64,000 nt of DNA from Anaerolineae bacterium (GTDB lineage Bacteria > Chloroflexota > Anaerolineae > Aggregatilineales > Phototrophicaceae), in contig JAGWBD010000013.1 of assembly GCA_021296065.1 (NCBI GenBank), positions 731 through 64,730 on the forward strand, in the 5' to 3' direction. This document shows, piece by piece, positions 1-8,120 of this stretch. Under the pieces are notes generated by a model. That model worked only from the letters and a program-made list of their open reading frames with translations, was not told the DNA's origin and did no database searches. The position numbers and the translations under genes were made by a program. The stretch's first letter is position 1; each line of letters begins with the position of its first letter.

Positions 1-589
1 ACAGTTCATGTGATTTGACCGGTTTCTTTCCTGATGCTCTTCCTCCGGAGGGGGTACCGTAGTTCCAGACAATCTGGCTGATAAAGTTTTTCCCTCCGAA
101 AATCGCATCCATCAGCAGCTTCAGATAGTGACCTGCTGTCGGATCACAATGCAGATAGATGCTTCCAGTTTCCTTCAACGCCAGGCGACAGGCGAAGAGC
201 CGCGCGGCCATGTAGGCCAGATAAGCTTCCAGGCCGCCTCCGCCGGCGACGTGTCCGCCACCGGCGAATTTGAGTAGCAACTGCACCTGTTGGAACAACA
301 CCGGTTCGCGCGCCAGGAATTCCATCGACTCTTCCTGCGTCTGCGACCAGACCCAGGTGTCCTGAAAAACGCTCGCCTGGGCCTTACCACCAAGCGGAAT
401 GTTGTAGTCGCGCTTGGAATTGAATGGTGGATCGAGGTAGATGAGATCTACGGAACCCGGCGCGATCTCGCGAGTCAGGACTCGCAGGCAATCGCCATAG
501 TAAAGGCCGGAATCCGGGTCAGCTGGAGGAACATGTGTTCTGGGGGGGGGTGCCTTGAGACATACGGGAAAGAATAAATAGATGGTCAA
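1..589 (-). CDS. DNA methyltransferase, N6-adenine/N4-cytosine type (DPPF motif). Partial: continues beyond the window start. 5' end unresolved.
   Basis: Not in the ORF track because it has no stop in the window. My translation of the minus strand reads ...DSGLYYGDCLRVLTREIAPGSVDLIYLDPPFNSKRDYN...ETGSIYLHCDPTAGHYLKLLMDAIFGGKNFISQIVW... The only in-frame starts are TTG at 589 and 613. The only ATG (563) is out of frame across the G9 tract at 542-550. Confidence 0.8.
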   Translation of the reverse strand, partial: MTIYLFFPVCLKAPPPRTHVPPADPDSGLYYGDCLRVLTREIAPGSVDLIYLDPPFNSKRDYNIPLGGKAQASVFQDTWVWSQTQEESMEFLAREPVLFQQVQLLLKFAGGGHVAGGGGLEAYLAYMAARLFACRLALKETGSIYLHCDPTAGHYLKLLMDAIFGGKNFISQIVWNYGTPSGGRASGKKPVKSHEL

Positions 590-763
590 CGCTGCGCAAA
601 TTAACGCTGACAAATGACCCGCGGAGGCGAAAGCCCACTACTGCTGGATTGATTCTTCCGGGTTTTGGAAGATTACGCCCATTCACACGCATGCGTCGAG
701 TTGCTGTGGCCAGCGCCCCTTCCTTCCCCTGAACATGTTTGTGTCGGTGAAATGGAATGCAGA

Positions 764-790
764 GCGCGCGGGAGTCTGGTTCCCGCGCGC
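764..790 (-). terminator. GC-rich hairpin downstream of the small ORF 833-1015
   Basis: Perfect 10-bp stem GCGCGCGGGA/TCCCGCGCGC with a 7-nt loop. The trailing T-tract is weak, so intrinsic termination is uncertain. Confidence 0.3.
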
Positions 791-832
791 CCCTTGTGTC
801 TATAGATTCCGCCAGCTCAGACTGGCCTTCGT

Positions 833-1015
833 CTATTGCCGCTGGCGCCACGCGTTGCCACCCACGGCATTGCGCGCGCGCCGCCCGTCGTCGTACGTCG
901 CGGCCGGCGCCTCACCTCGCGAAGCGTCCCACAAGGGGTTCGCCCGTCGGACCAGACCCTGCGCGCGTGTCCGGTGCGGTTGCCATAGTCCGCGCAGCAG
1001 ACTGACCGTTGCCAT
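833..1015 (-). CDS. Hypothetical small basic protein (60 aa), doubtful
   Basis: ATG at 1015 lies 8 nt downstream of a GGAGG (complement of 1024-1028) and the ORF is followed by the hairpin at 764-790. The Arg/Ala/Gly-rich composition is also what GC-rich noise looks like. Confidence 0.25.
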   Translation of the reverse strand: MATVSLLRGLWQPHRTRAQGLVRRANPLWDASRGEAPAATYDDGRRARNAVGGNAWRQRQ

Positions 1016-1151
1016 CGTTGGTTCCTCCTCTTCTCCTGTGTCCAGTATTCATTACGCGCCAAAAAACAGAGCGGTTCAAGAGTCCAACCAGTCCATCTCC
1101 AAAAGTCACTGACCCTTGCCGCCCTGCCCTCACGCTGCCAGGATATCGACC

Positions 1152-2378
1152 ATGGTCCAAATTCCGGAACCCATCCGCACCGACAGCAGCACCCCCTTCG
1201 CCCAACGCACCATCCGCGAGCGCCTGCCCGCCATCCTGCGCGAGACGCGCGAACTCAACCCGGACTACCCGCCGCAGGTCCACGACGCTGTCCAGCACCT
1301 GCATGACGACCTGGTCGGCGACGCGCCCATCCGCCTGATCGAGACGCCCGCGCCCGATTACGACGACTGGCGCGTTGCCTGGCTACCCTTCCGCGAGAGT
1401 ACCTGGCAGCATTGCCAATGGTTCTTCGCCGAGGTCTACACTTACCGCCTGCTGATGGAGGCCGTACGCTGGTGGGAGAGCGGGCGCGACCCCTTCGCGC
1501 CGAAGAAAGCGGAGGAATATGCCAGCGCGGCCCACTGGAGCCTGCTGGCCCGCGCACTGGACACTGAAGGCCCGCAGGAAGAACGCCTGGCGACGCTGCT
1601 GGAGCTGCTGGTCTGGGGCAACCGCATCGATCTGAGCTACGCCGTCGCCTCGGCGCATGGCAGCGAAATCGACGCCGACGACCTGCTGGTCGACGAGCGC
1701 GCGGTCTACGTCGAGCACCTGCTGCGCGAATCCGGCGAGGTCCACGTCATCGCCGACAACGCCGGCAGCGAACTGACCATGGACCTCGTGCTGGCGGCCA
1801 TGCTGCTTGAGGAAAACATCGCGACGCGGGTCGTGCTGCACCTCAAGCAGCACCCCACCTTCGTCAGCGACGCCATCGTGGCCGACGTATTGAATTTCAT
1901 TGAGTTACTGCGCGGTCGAATTCAGGACCGCGACGCACAGCGACTCGGCGCGCAACTGGAGACGCAACTGGAACGGGGTCGGCTGCGCCTGGCGCCGGAC
2001 GCCTGGTGGAACAGCAGCCACTTCCTCTACGCCCTGCCGCCGCGCCTGCAGATTCTTTTCGCCAATGCGCGCCTGACCCTCATCAAGGGCGACGCCAACT
2101 ATCGTCGCATGGTCTACGATACGGTCTGGCCGGCCGAGACTCCGCTACAGGCCGTCGCCGGCCACTTCCCCTGCCCGCTGCTGGCCCCGCGCACCCTGAA
2201 GAGCGACCCGGTCGTCGGCCTGCCACCGGGCCTGGCGCAGCGTCTGGACGGCATCGACGCCGACTGGCGCGTCAACGGCAAGCGCGCTGTGTTACAAGGT
2301 TTACCCCTGGAGCGGTTTATGCTGAAACCGGCTTGGGTTTCAGTGCGAAGCGGAAGGGGCACTTTGCAGGTCCCTTAG
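1152..2378 (+). CDS. DUF89/ARMT1-like protein (damage-control phosphatase family)
   Basis: ORF 1116-2378; ATG at 1152 preferred over TTG at 1116. Blocks 'VIADNAGSELTMDLVL' and 'LIKGDANYRRM' resemble the DUF89 metal-binding core. Confidence 0.7.
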   Translation: MVQIPEPIRTDSSTPFAQRTIRERLPAILRETRELNPDYPPQVHDAVQHLHDDLVGDAPIRLIETPAPDYDDWRVAWLPFRESTWQHCQWFFAEVYTYRLLMEAVRWWESGRDPFAPKKAEEYASAAHWSLLARALDTEGPQEERLATLLELLVWGNRIDLSYAVASAHGSEIDADDLLVDERAVYVEHLLRESGEVHVIADNAGSELTMDLVLAAMLLEENIATRVVLHLKQHPTFVSDAIVADVLNFIELLRGRIQDRDAQRLGAQLETQLERGRLRLAPDAWWNSSHFLYALPPRLQILFANARLTLIKGDANYRRMVYDTVWPAETPLQAVAGHFPCPLLAPRTLKSDPVVGLPPGLAQRLDGIDADWRVNGKRAVLQGLPLERFMLKPAWVSVRSGRGTLQVP

Positions 2379-2387
2379 CTTCGAAAC

Positions 2388-2948
2388 TCAGTCCGCCTCG
2401 AATTCTCGCCAGGGAACGAAACGCTCGCGATACACCAGGTCCTGCCAGTAGCGCCGCTTGCCCGGCTTCATCACGAACTGCGGGTTCGGCTGCGGGTAGC
2501 CCAGGCACAGCACCATCCAGGGCGTGAAGCGCTCCGGCAGGTTCAGTATCTTGCGCAGCGCCGGCACGTTGAAGGAGGTCACCGGCCCGCTGGCCAGCCC
2601 CAGTGAGTGCGCCGCCAGCGCCATGGTCTGCGCCGCCTGACCCACGTCCATCAGGAAGACGGGGTCGTCCGCCTGCTCGTCGATGTAGGTCGGGAAATTG
2701 CGCCGGTCGACGCAGACGAAAAGGTAGGTCGGCGCGTTCGAATAAATGCCTGGCGAGACGCGACGAATCAGCTCGATCAGTTCGGGGTCCTGCACCACCA
2801 GAAAGCGGTTGGGCAGATGGTTGCTGCCCGTCGGCGACCAGCGGCCGGCTTCCAGGATAATCTCCAGGTGCTCTTCCGAGACCTGCTCGTCGGTCATTTC
2901 GCGCACGACGCGGCGGGTCCTAATGTTTTCCAGCACAGGGTTGCTCAT
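2388..2948 (-). CDS. Nitroreductase family protein
   Basis: 186 aa. N-terminus 'IRTRRVVREMTDEQVSEEHLEIILEAGRWSPTGSNHLPNRFLVV' is a typical nitroreductase fold signature. Confidence 0.85.
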   Translation of the reverse strand: MSNPVLENIRTRRVVREMTDEQVSEEHLEIILEAGRWSPTGSNHLPNRFLVVQDPELIELIRRVSPGIYSNAPTYLFVCVDRRNFPTYIDEQADDPVFLMDVGQAAQTMALAAHSLGLASGPVTSFNVPALRKILNLPERFTPWMVLCLGYPQPNPQFVMKPGKRRYWQDLVYRERFVPWREFEAD

Positions 2949-3024
2949 GCTTCGGCTCCAGTCTTCAGGCCGGCGCGCGCGATGCCGAAAGTCAAAAAGT
3001 TTTCCAGCACAGGGTTGCTCATGC
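2925..3024. repeat. 26-bp perfect direct repeat (2925-2950 and 2999-3024) duplicating the nitroreductase start region
   Basis: GTTTTCCAGCACAGGGTTGCTCATGC occurs twice, 74 bp apart. See the finding at 2925-3024. Confidence 0.9.
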
Positions 3025-3348
3025 CACAGCCCCCTCTGTCAGTCCGGCGCGCGCGGCCAGGCAATCGCCCAGTGCCTCGTTGAGTTCGACCACGATCGCC
3101 TTGTACTGGTCGCGCCTCGTGGTGACCGTGTGCGAGACCGGGATGCGTTCCAGCGCCACTTCCAGCAGCGTGCGCACTTCCGGCGAGACGTCGTCGATGA
3201 CCATCGCTGCCAGACGCTCGGCGGCGGTCAACTGGCGCAGCGGCCCGTAGAGCGCCGGCTCGCGCAGCAGCAGCAGCGAGCAACTGAAGAACAGCGACAT
3301 CAATTCGACGACCTGGTCTTCCGTCAGGAATTTCTTTTCATCATCCAT
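3019..3348 (-). CDS. Hypothetical small protein (109 aa)
   Basis: This is the 3' part of track ORF 3019-4359. ATG at 3348 has AAGGAG 6 nt upstream. The composition is protein-like (MDDEKKFLTEDQVVELMSLFF...). The rest of the long ORF is antisense to gatB. Confidence 0.6.
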   Translation of the reverse strand: MDDEKKFLTEDQVVELMSLFFSCSLLLLREPALYGPLRQLTAAERLAAMVIDDVSPEVRTLLEVALERIPVSHTVTTRRDQYKAIVVELNEALGDCLAARAGLTEGAVA

Positions 3349-3423
3349 GGGCAACTCCTTCCCCTGCGCGGAGTATGCCACGCGCCGCAGACTCCGGCGA
3401 CCTGTATGGTAAACTGCCGCGCC

Positions 3424-4872
3424 ATGAACGACTGGATCCCCGTCATCGGCCTCGAAGTCCACGCCGAACTGGAAACCGAAAGCAAGATGTTCAGCCCCTG
3501 CCCGGTGGTCGACAGCGTCGAGGCCGCGCCCAACAGTGCCGTCGACGTCGTCTCGCTGGGCCTGCCGGGCACGCTGCCGGTCATCAACCGCCGCGCCATG
3601 GAGTACGGCATGATGGTCGGCCTGGCGCTCAACTGCGAGATACCGCCGCTCAACCGCTTTGACCGCAAAAGCTACTTCTACCCCGACCTGCCCAAGGGCT
3701 ACCAGATCAGCCAGTACGAGCATCCCCTGGCGGTCAATGGCCACGTCGATATCGAGCTGGCCGATGGCGGCTGCAAGCGCATCCGCGTGCGCCGCGCCCA
3801 CATGGAAGAGGACACCGGCAAGCTGACCCACGTCGCCGGCGGTTACAGTCTGGTCGATTACAACCGCGCCGGCGTGCCCCTGCTGGAGATCGTGACCGAA
3901 CCCGACCTGGCCAGCGCCGCCGAGGCCGGGGCCTTCGCGCGCGACCTGCGCGCCATCCTGCGCTGGCTGGGCGTCAACAGCGGCGACATGTCGAAAGGCG
4001 TGCTGCGTTTCGAGGCCAACGTCAGCCTGCGCCAGCCGGACGACGCTGACCTGCGCACGCGCACGGAGATCAAGAACCTCAACAGCATCCGTCACATGAC
4101 GCGCGCCATCGAGAGCGAACTGCGGCGACAGCGGCGGCTTTACGAACGCGGCGAGGACGTGCGTCAGGCCACTCTCGGCTGGGACGAGGACGCGCAACGC
4201 ATCGTCGTGCAACGTTACAAGGAGCGCGCCGACGAGTACCGCTACTTCCCGGAGCCGGACCTGCCGGTCGTCGAGGTCAGCGAGGCCTGGGTGGAGGAAG
4301 TCCGCGCCCGCATCCCCGAGCTGCCCGGCGCGCGCCGTCAACGTTTCGTGGCTGACCACGGTATTTCACCTGCCGACGCAGAGCAATTGACCTCCGAACG
4401 GGCCGTCGCCGATTTCTACGAGGCGATACTGTCGCAGGACATTGCGGCCCAGGTTGCCGCCAACTGGACCTGTGGCGCGCTCTTCGCGCTGATGAACGCC
4501 CGCGAAACGCCGCGCGAGGCCATCGGCGAGTTGCGCTTCGGCGCCACCCAATTCGCCGATCTGCTGCGCATGGTCGGCGACGGTACGCTCAACCGCGGCA
4601 CGGCCACTGCAGTGCTGGAAGCCATGTGGGACAGCGGCGGCGACCCGCAGCAGATCGTGCGCGAGCGCGGTCTGGCGCAGATTTCCGACAGCGACGTCAT
4701 CGGCCAGACCATCGACGAGCTGCTGGCGCAACAGCCGCAACTGGTGGAACGCTATCGCGCCGGCGAGACGAAGTTGCTGGGCGCGCTGATGGGCCAGGCG
4801 ATGAAGGCCCTGCGCGGCCAGGGCAACCCGGCCGCCGTGCGCCAGACCCTGCAGCAGCGTCTGAACGCCTGA
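3424..4872 (+). CDS. gatB: Asp-tRNA(Asn)/Glu-tRNA(Gln) amidotransferase subunit B
   Basis: Motifs 'MNDWIPVIGLEVHAELET', 'DYNRAGVPLLEIVTEPD' and a C-terminal GatB/YqeY-like tail. About 482 aa starting from ATG 3424. Confidence 0.95.
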   Translation: MNDWIPVIGLEVHAELETESKMFSPCPVVDSVEAAPNSAVDVVSLGLPGTLPVINRRAMEYGMMVGLALNCEIPPLNRFDRKSYFYPDLPKGYQISQYEHPLAVNGHVDIELADGGCKRIRVRRAHMEEDTGKLTHVAGGYSLVDYNRAGVPLLEIVTEPDLASAAEAGAFARDLRAILRWLGVNSGDMSKGVLRFEANVSLRQPDDADLRTRTEIKNLNSIRHMTRAIESELRRQRRLYERGEDVRQATLGWDEDAQRIVVQRYKERADEYRYFPEPDLPVVEVSEAWVEEVRARIPELPGARRQRFVADHGISPADAEQLTSERAVADFYEAILSQDIAAQVAANWTCGALFALMNARETPREAIGELRFGATQFADLLRMVGDGTLNRGTATAVLEAMWDSGGDPQQIVRERGLAQISDSDVIGQTIDELLAQQPQLVERYRAGETKLLGALMGQAMKALRGQGNPAAVRQTLQQRLNA

Positions 4873-4876
4873 GCGC

Positions 4877-6436
4877 CTAGTAGCCCGCGCGCAGCAGCAA
4901 CCAGGTCACCGCCGCCAGCAAAACCAGAATCAGCGAGCCGTAGAGCAGCAGGCTGCGCAGCACGCGGCCCTCGTCGCCCTGGCCGATGCCCACGGTGCTG
5001 GCGCCCACCAGAATCTTGGCCGGCGCCATCATGCTGGCGATCGCGCCCGCCGACGTCTGCAGCGCCAGCACCAGCGGCACGCTCAGCCCCAGCAGTTGCG
5101 CGCTGTCCAGCTGCAGGCCGGCGAAGACCGCGTTGGAGTTGGTGTTGCTGCCGGTCATGAAGGAGCCCAGCGCGCCGATCAACGCGCCGACCAGCGCGTA
5201 CCAGTCCGGCGCGACCGCGCGGCTGAGCCACTCCGCCAGCGTACGGGTCATACCCGCGTTCTGCATCACGGTCGCCATGGCCACCATCGCCAGAATGCCG
5301 ATGGCCGGGCGCGTGCCCTGACGATGTACGCCTCTCAACACCTCGCGCGCCGCGCCGCGCCCCAGCCAGCCGCGCCGACGATACAGCCAGTACGCCAGCA
5401 CTGTGCTGAATAGCAGCACCGACGCGCCGTGCACCAGCAGCGGGATGCCCACCCCCGCGGCCGGCGTCACCCAGCCCTGCGAGGTCTCCAGTTGCGGAAT
5501 CTGCAAGCCAAGCCGCACTTGACCCAGCGCAGCCTTCACCGGCTGCACGCCGATCAACACGACGGCGAGGACGATCAGGATGACGTAAGGCGCGATCGCC
5601 AGCGGCAGCGACGGCCCCTGCGTTGCAACCGTCGATTCGGCGCCGATTGAACTGTGCCAGCGGCGCAAACGCGTGAGCAGCAGGCCTGTCGCCAGGCCCG
5701 CCAGACCGGCACAGGCCGAGGCGATGTTCCACAGATCGACGACCGACATCACATATTGCACGACGGCCATCACAGCGCCGATCACCAGCAGCGCGGGCAG
5801 GGCCCGCCACAGGCCGCGCAGCCCGGCAGCTGCGTGCGCCGCCAGCGCGCCGCAGACCGGCGCGGCCAGGCCCAGCAGAATTGAGGTGGGTGGCGCCAGC
5901 AGGGCCGCCGGTTGGCCCGTGACGCCGGTCAGCGCGATGAAGGAGGAGCCCAGCGAGCCGTAGGTCACCGCCCAGGAGTGGCCGATGAAGGGCACGATGA
6001 CCGCCGCCAGCGGCGCAAGACCAATGCCCACCAGCAGCGGCGCCGTCACCGCGACGGGGACGCCGAAGCCGCCCACGCCCTGCAGGAAGGAGGCGAAGAC
6101 CCAGCCCAGAAGCAGGACGCGCAGCACCGGGTCGCCGGTCAGGCTGCCAAACCAGGCGGCAATCACGTCCAGCGCGCCGGCCGCCTTCACCACCATATAG
6201 AGCGCCAGCGCCGTCCAGACGATCAGCACCACGTCGAGCGTCAGCACCAGCGCGCGCAGATGGGCGTAGAGCAGCAATTCGCCGCCCGCGCCGAAGCGCA
6301 AGATGGCGATCAGCAGGGCGACCAGCCAGCCGACCGGCCCGGCCCTGGCGCCACCCATGCGCAGGCCGGTCATCAATACCAGCACGGTCAACGGCGGGGC
6401 CGCCGCCAGCAGCACGCTCAGGGGGTCGGTGGGCAT
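4877..6436 (-). CDS. lctP: L-lactate permease (LctP family)
   Basis: Polytopic membrane protein with 'FLQGVGGFGVPVAVTAPLLVGIG' and 'MTGSNTNSNAVFAGLQ' LctP-like blocks. ATG at 6436 preferred over GTG at 6445. Confidence 0.8.
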   Translation of the reverse strand: MPTDPLSVLLAAAPPLTVLVLMTGLRMGGARAGPVGWLVALLIAILRFGAGGELLLYAHLRALVLTLDVVLIVWTALALYMVVKAAGALDVIAAWFGSLTGDPVLRVLLLGWVFASFLQGVGGFGVPVAVTAPLLVGIGLAPLAAVIVPFIGHSWAVTYGSLGSSFIALTGVTGQPAALLAPPTSILLGLAAPVCGALAAHAAAGLRGLWRALPALLVIGAVMAVVQYVMSVVDLWNIASACAGLAGLATGLLLTRLRRWHSSIGAESTVATQGPSLPLAIAPYVILIVLAVVLIGVQPVKAALGQVRLGLQIPQLETSQGWVTPAAGVGIPLLVHGASVLLFSTVLAYWLYRRRGWLGRGAAREVLRGVHRQGTRPAIGILAMVAMATVMQNAGMTRTLAEWLSRAVAPDWYALVGALIGALGSFMTGSNTNSNAVFAGLQLDSAQLLGLSVPLVLALQTSAGAIASMMAPAKILVGASTVGIGQGDEGRVLRSLLLYGSLILVLLAAVTWLLLRAGY

Positions 6437-6452
6437 GGGCCGCACTATACCC

Positions 6453-6478
6453 CCGCGCCCTGCCCCTGTCAGGCGCGG
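6453..6478 (-). terminator. Hairpin directly after the methyltransferase stop codon
   Basis: 7-bp stem CCGCGCC/GGCGCGG with a 12-nt loop and no clear U-tract. A TATAGT box follows on the minus strand. Confidence 0.25.
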
Positions 6479-7081
6479 TCAGGGTTTGCGCGCGCGCAGA
6501 AAGGCCACTCGAGCCAGGGACCCATGACTGTCACGCGGGTGGGCCGGGTCGACAAACATGTCCGGGATACTGCGCAATTCAGCCTTCTCGACAACCAGGT
6601 CCGGCACGGCTGTTGCAAGCGCTGTGACCGTCGTGAACTCGACGGCAGCAACGCCCCACACCTCGCTCATCGAGCGGTCCCATTCGGCGACGAGCAGGGT
6701 GCCTCCGGCAGCCAGGGCCTGCGCCGCCATGCGCAACACGCGCTGGCCGGCCGCGCCGCCTGGCAGCGCGTAGGTGCTGATGACCAGATCGAAGCGGGTG
6801 TCCGCTTGCCACTGGCTGAAATCGTTGCAGATGAAGCGGGCATCAAGGCCACGGGCCTGCGCGGCCTGCCTCGCCAGCGCTATGGCGCGCGCGGAGCAGT
6901 CAACGCCGGTGACCCGCCAACCGGCCCCGTCCAGCATCAGGGTATTGGCGCCGTTGCCGCAGCCGAGATCGAGCGCGGACCCGGGGCGCAGAGACTCCAG
7001 TTCGCCCTGAAGTACACGTTCTGTCACCATGACGCTGTCCGCGTCACTGCGCCACGCGTCTTCCCAGAAGGCCGCGTCCAT
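6479..7081 (-). CDS. Class I SAM-dependent methyltransferase
   Basis: Motif I 'ALDLGCGNGANTLML'. ATG at 7081 with GGGAGA upstream. Resembles TPMT/TehB by eye. Confidence 0.8.
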   Translation of the reverse strand: MDAAFWEDAWRSDADSVMVTERVLQGELESLRPGSALDLGCGNGANTLMLDGAGWRVTGVDCSARAIALARQAAQARGLDARFICNDFSQWQADTRFDLVISTYALPGGAAGQRVLRMAAQALAAGGTLLVAEWDRSMSEVWGVAAVEFTTVTALATAVPDLVVEKAELRSIPDMFVDPAHPRDSHGSLARVAFLRARKP

Positions 7082-7166
7082 GATTTCTCCCTGATAACCA
7101 GCCGCCAGTATTGCGCGGAAGGGCTTGCCCGGACAAGATGGTGCGCATCGCAATACGGACCGGTCC

Positions 7167-8108
7167 ATGAACCTGACGACGCTGGCGCAGCAACTTCGAC
7201 AAACGCAGGATGAGACCCGGCGGCGCGCGCTGGCGCTAGACCTGCTGGGCCGCAGCCGGCGCCGCGAACACGTCGACGCGGCCCTGCGCGCGCTGGAAGG
7301 CTGCGACCTGGATGACAGGGCGCGGCCGCTTTTGCGCGAGCGGACGCTCTACTACTTCGAGAAAACGCAACGCGACAACGGCGCCCTGATTCGCGAACAA
7401 CTGCTGCTTCTGCTGTTAAGGATTGGCCACCCGGGGGAGCGGGACCTGTGGCTGCAAGCGTTGCAATGTTACGAATTCGAACCAGGCGGCGAGGTCACAC
7501 AGAATCTGCGCGCCATTGGCCTCGCAGGCCTTGCCGCCCATGATCCCGACCAGGCGCGCCTGCACGCTGTCCGTCTGCTGCACGAACTGCACTCCAGCTC
7601 ACGCTTCGACTGTGAACCGGCGCTGACCGCGCTCAACCTCCTGACGCAACAGGAGCAGCCGCAGTTGGTCTACGGCTGGCTGCTGGCAAGCGCCGCAGAG
7701 GCCCTTGATTTGACGCTTGATGAACTGGGGGGGCGCGCGCTGGAATCGCTGGTGAACGACTTCCCTGCCGATCTGTATCGCCCGCTGGTGGAGCAGTTCG
7801 CCCGGCGCGACCGCGCGCTGGTCAGCATGGGCCTGGCGACGCACATCATTGAGAGCCGCGCAGAATCTCTCTACGACGACCTGGAGGCCATGCTCACGAC
7901 AACGCGACACGACGAATTGCACCACTATATTCTGGTGCTGCTGGCCGGCGCGCGTGACGATGAACTGGAGCGGCGTCTGCTCGCGCTGGCACGGCTGGGT
8001 CCGCCGCACCGATGCCGGAATTTCCTCGCCGCGCTGGAACTGCTGCCGGGTGAGCCGGATGAAGAACTGCTGGCCTGGTTGCGTCAACGTCAGTTGCAGG
8101 ACGTCTGA
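7167..8108 (+). CDS. Hypothetical alpha-helical repeat (HEAT/ARM-like) protein
   Basis: 313 aa, Leu/Ala/Arg-rich with periodic helical segments. No catalytic motif recognised. Confidence 0.5.
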   Translation: MNLTTLAQQLRQTQDETRRRALALDLLGRSRRREHVDAALRALEGCDLDDRARPLLRERTLYYFEKTQRDNGALIREQLLLLLLRIGHPGERDLWLQALQCYEFEPGGEVTQNLRAIGLAGLAAHDPDQARLHAVRLLHELHSSSRFDCEPALTALNLLTQQEQPQLVYGWLLASAAEALDLTLDELGGRALESLVNDFPADLYRPLVEQFARRDRALVSMGLATHIIESRAESLYDDLEAMLTTTRHDELHHYILVLLAGARDDELERRLLALARLGPPHRCRNFLAALELLPGEPDEELLAWLRQRQLQDV

Positions 8109-8120
8109 GCGGGTCCCGGT

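Noticed and set aside
519-1112. Track ORFs 519-851 (-), 735-1112 (+), 757-1005 (+) and 817-1062 (-) in the MTase/DUF89 spacer
   Set aside because: They overlap one another in several frames, are Arg/Ala/Pro-rich, and lack an RBS. Only 833-1015 has a GGAGG plus hairpin, and I kept that one at low confidence.
1-1115. Complete restriction-modification system
   Set aside because: Only the methyltransferase is visible and it runs off the window. No endonuclease-like ORF or HTH controller lies in the 560-bp spacer, so the system cannot be called from this window.
3019-4359. 446-aa minus-strand ORF antisense to gatB
   Set aside because: gatB on the plus strand has unmistakable motifs. The minus ORF is compositionally biased, except for its last 109 codons, which I kept as a separate small gene with its own AAGGAG RBS.
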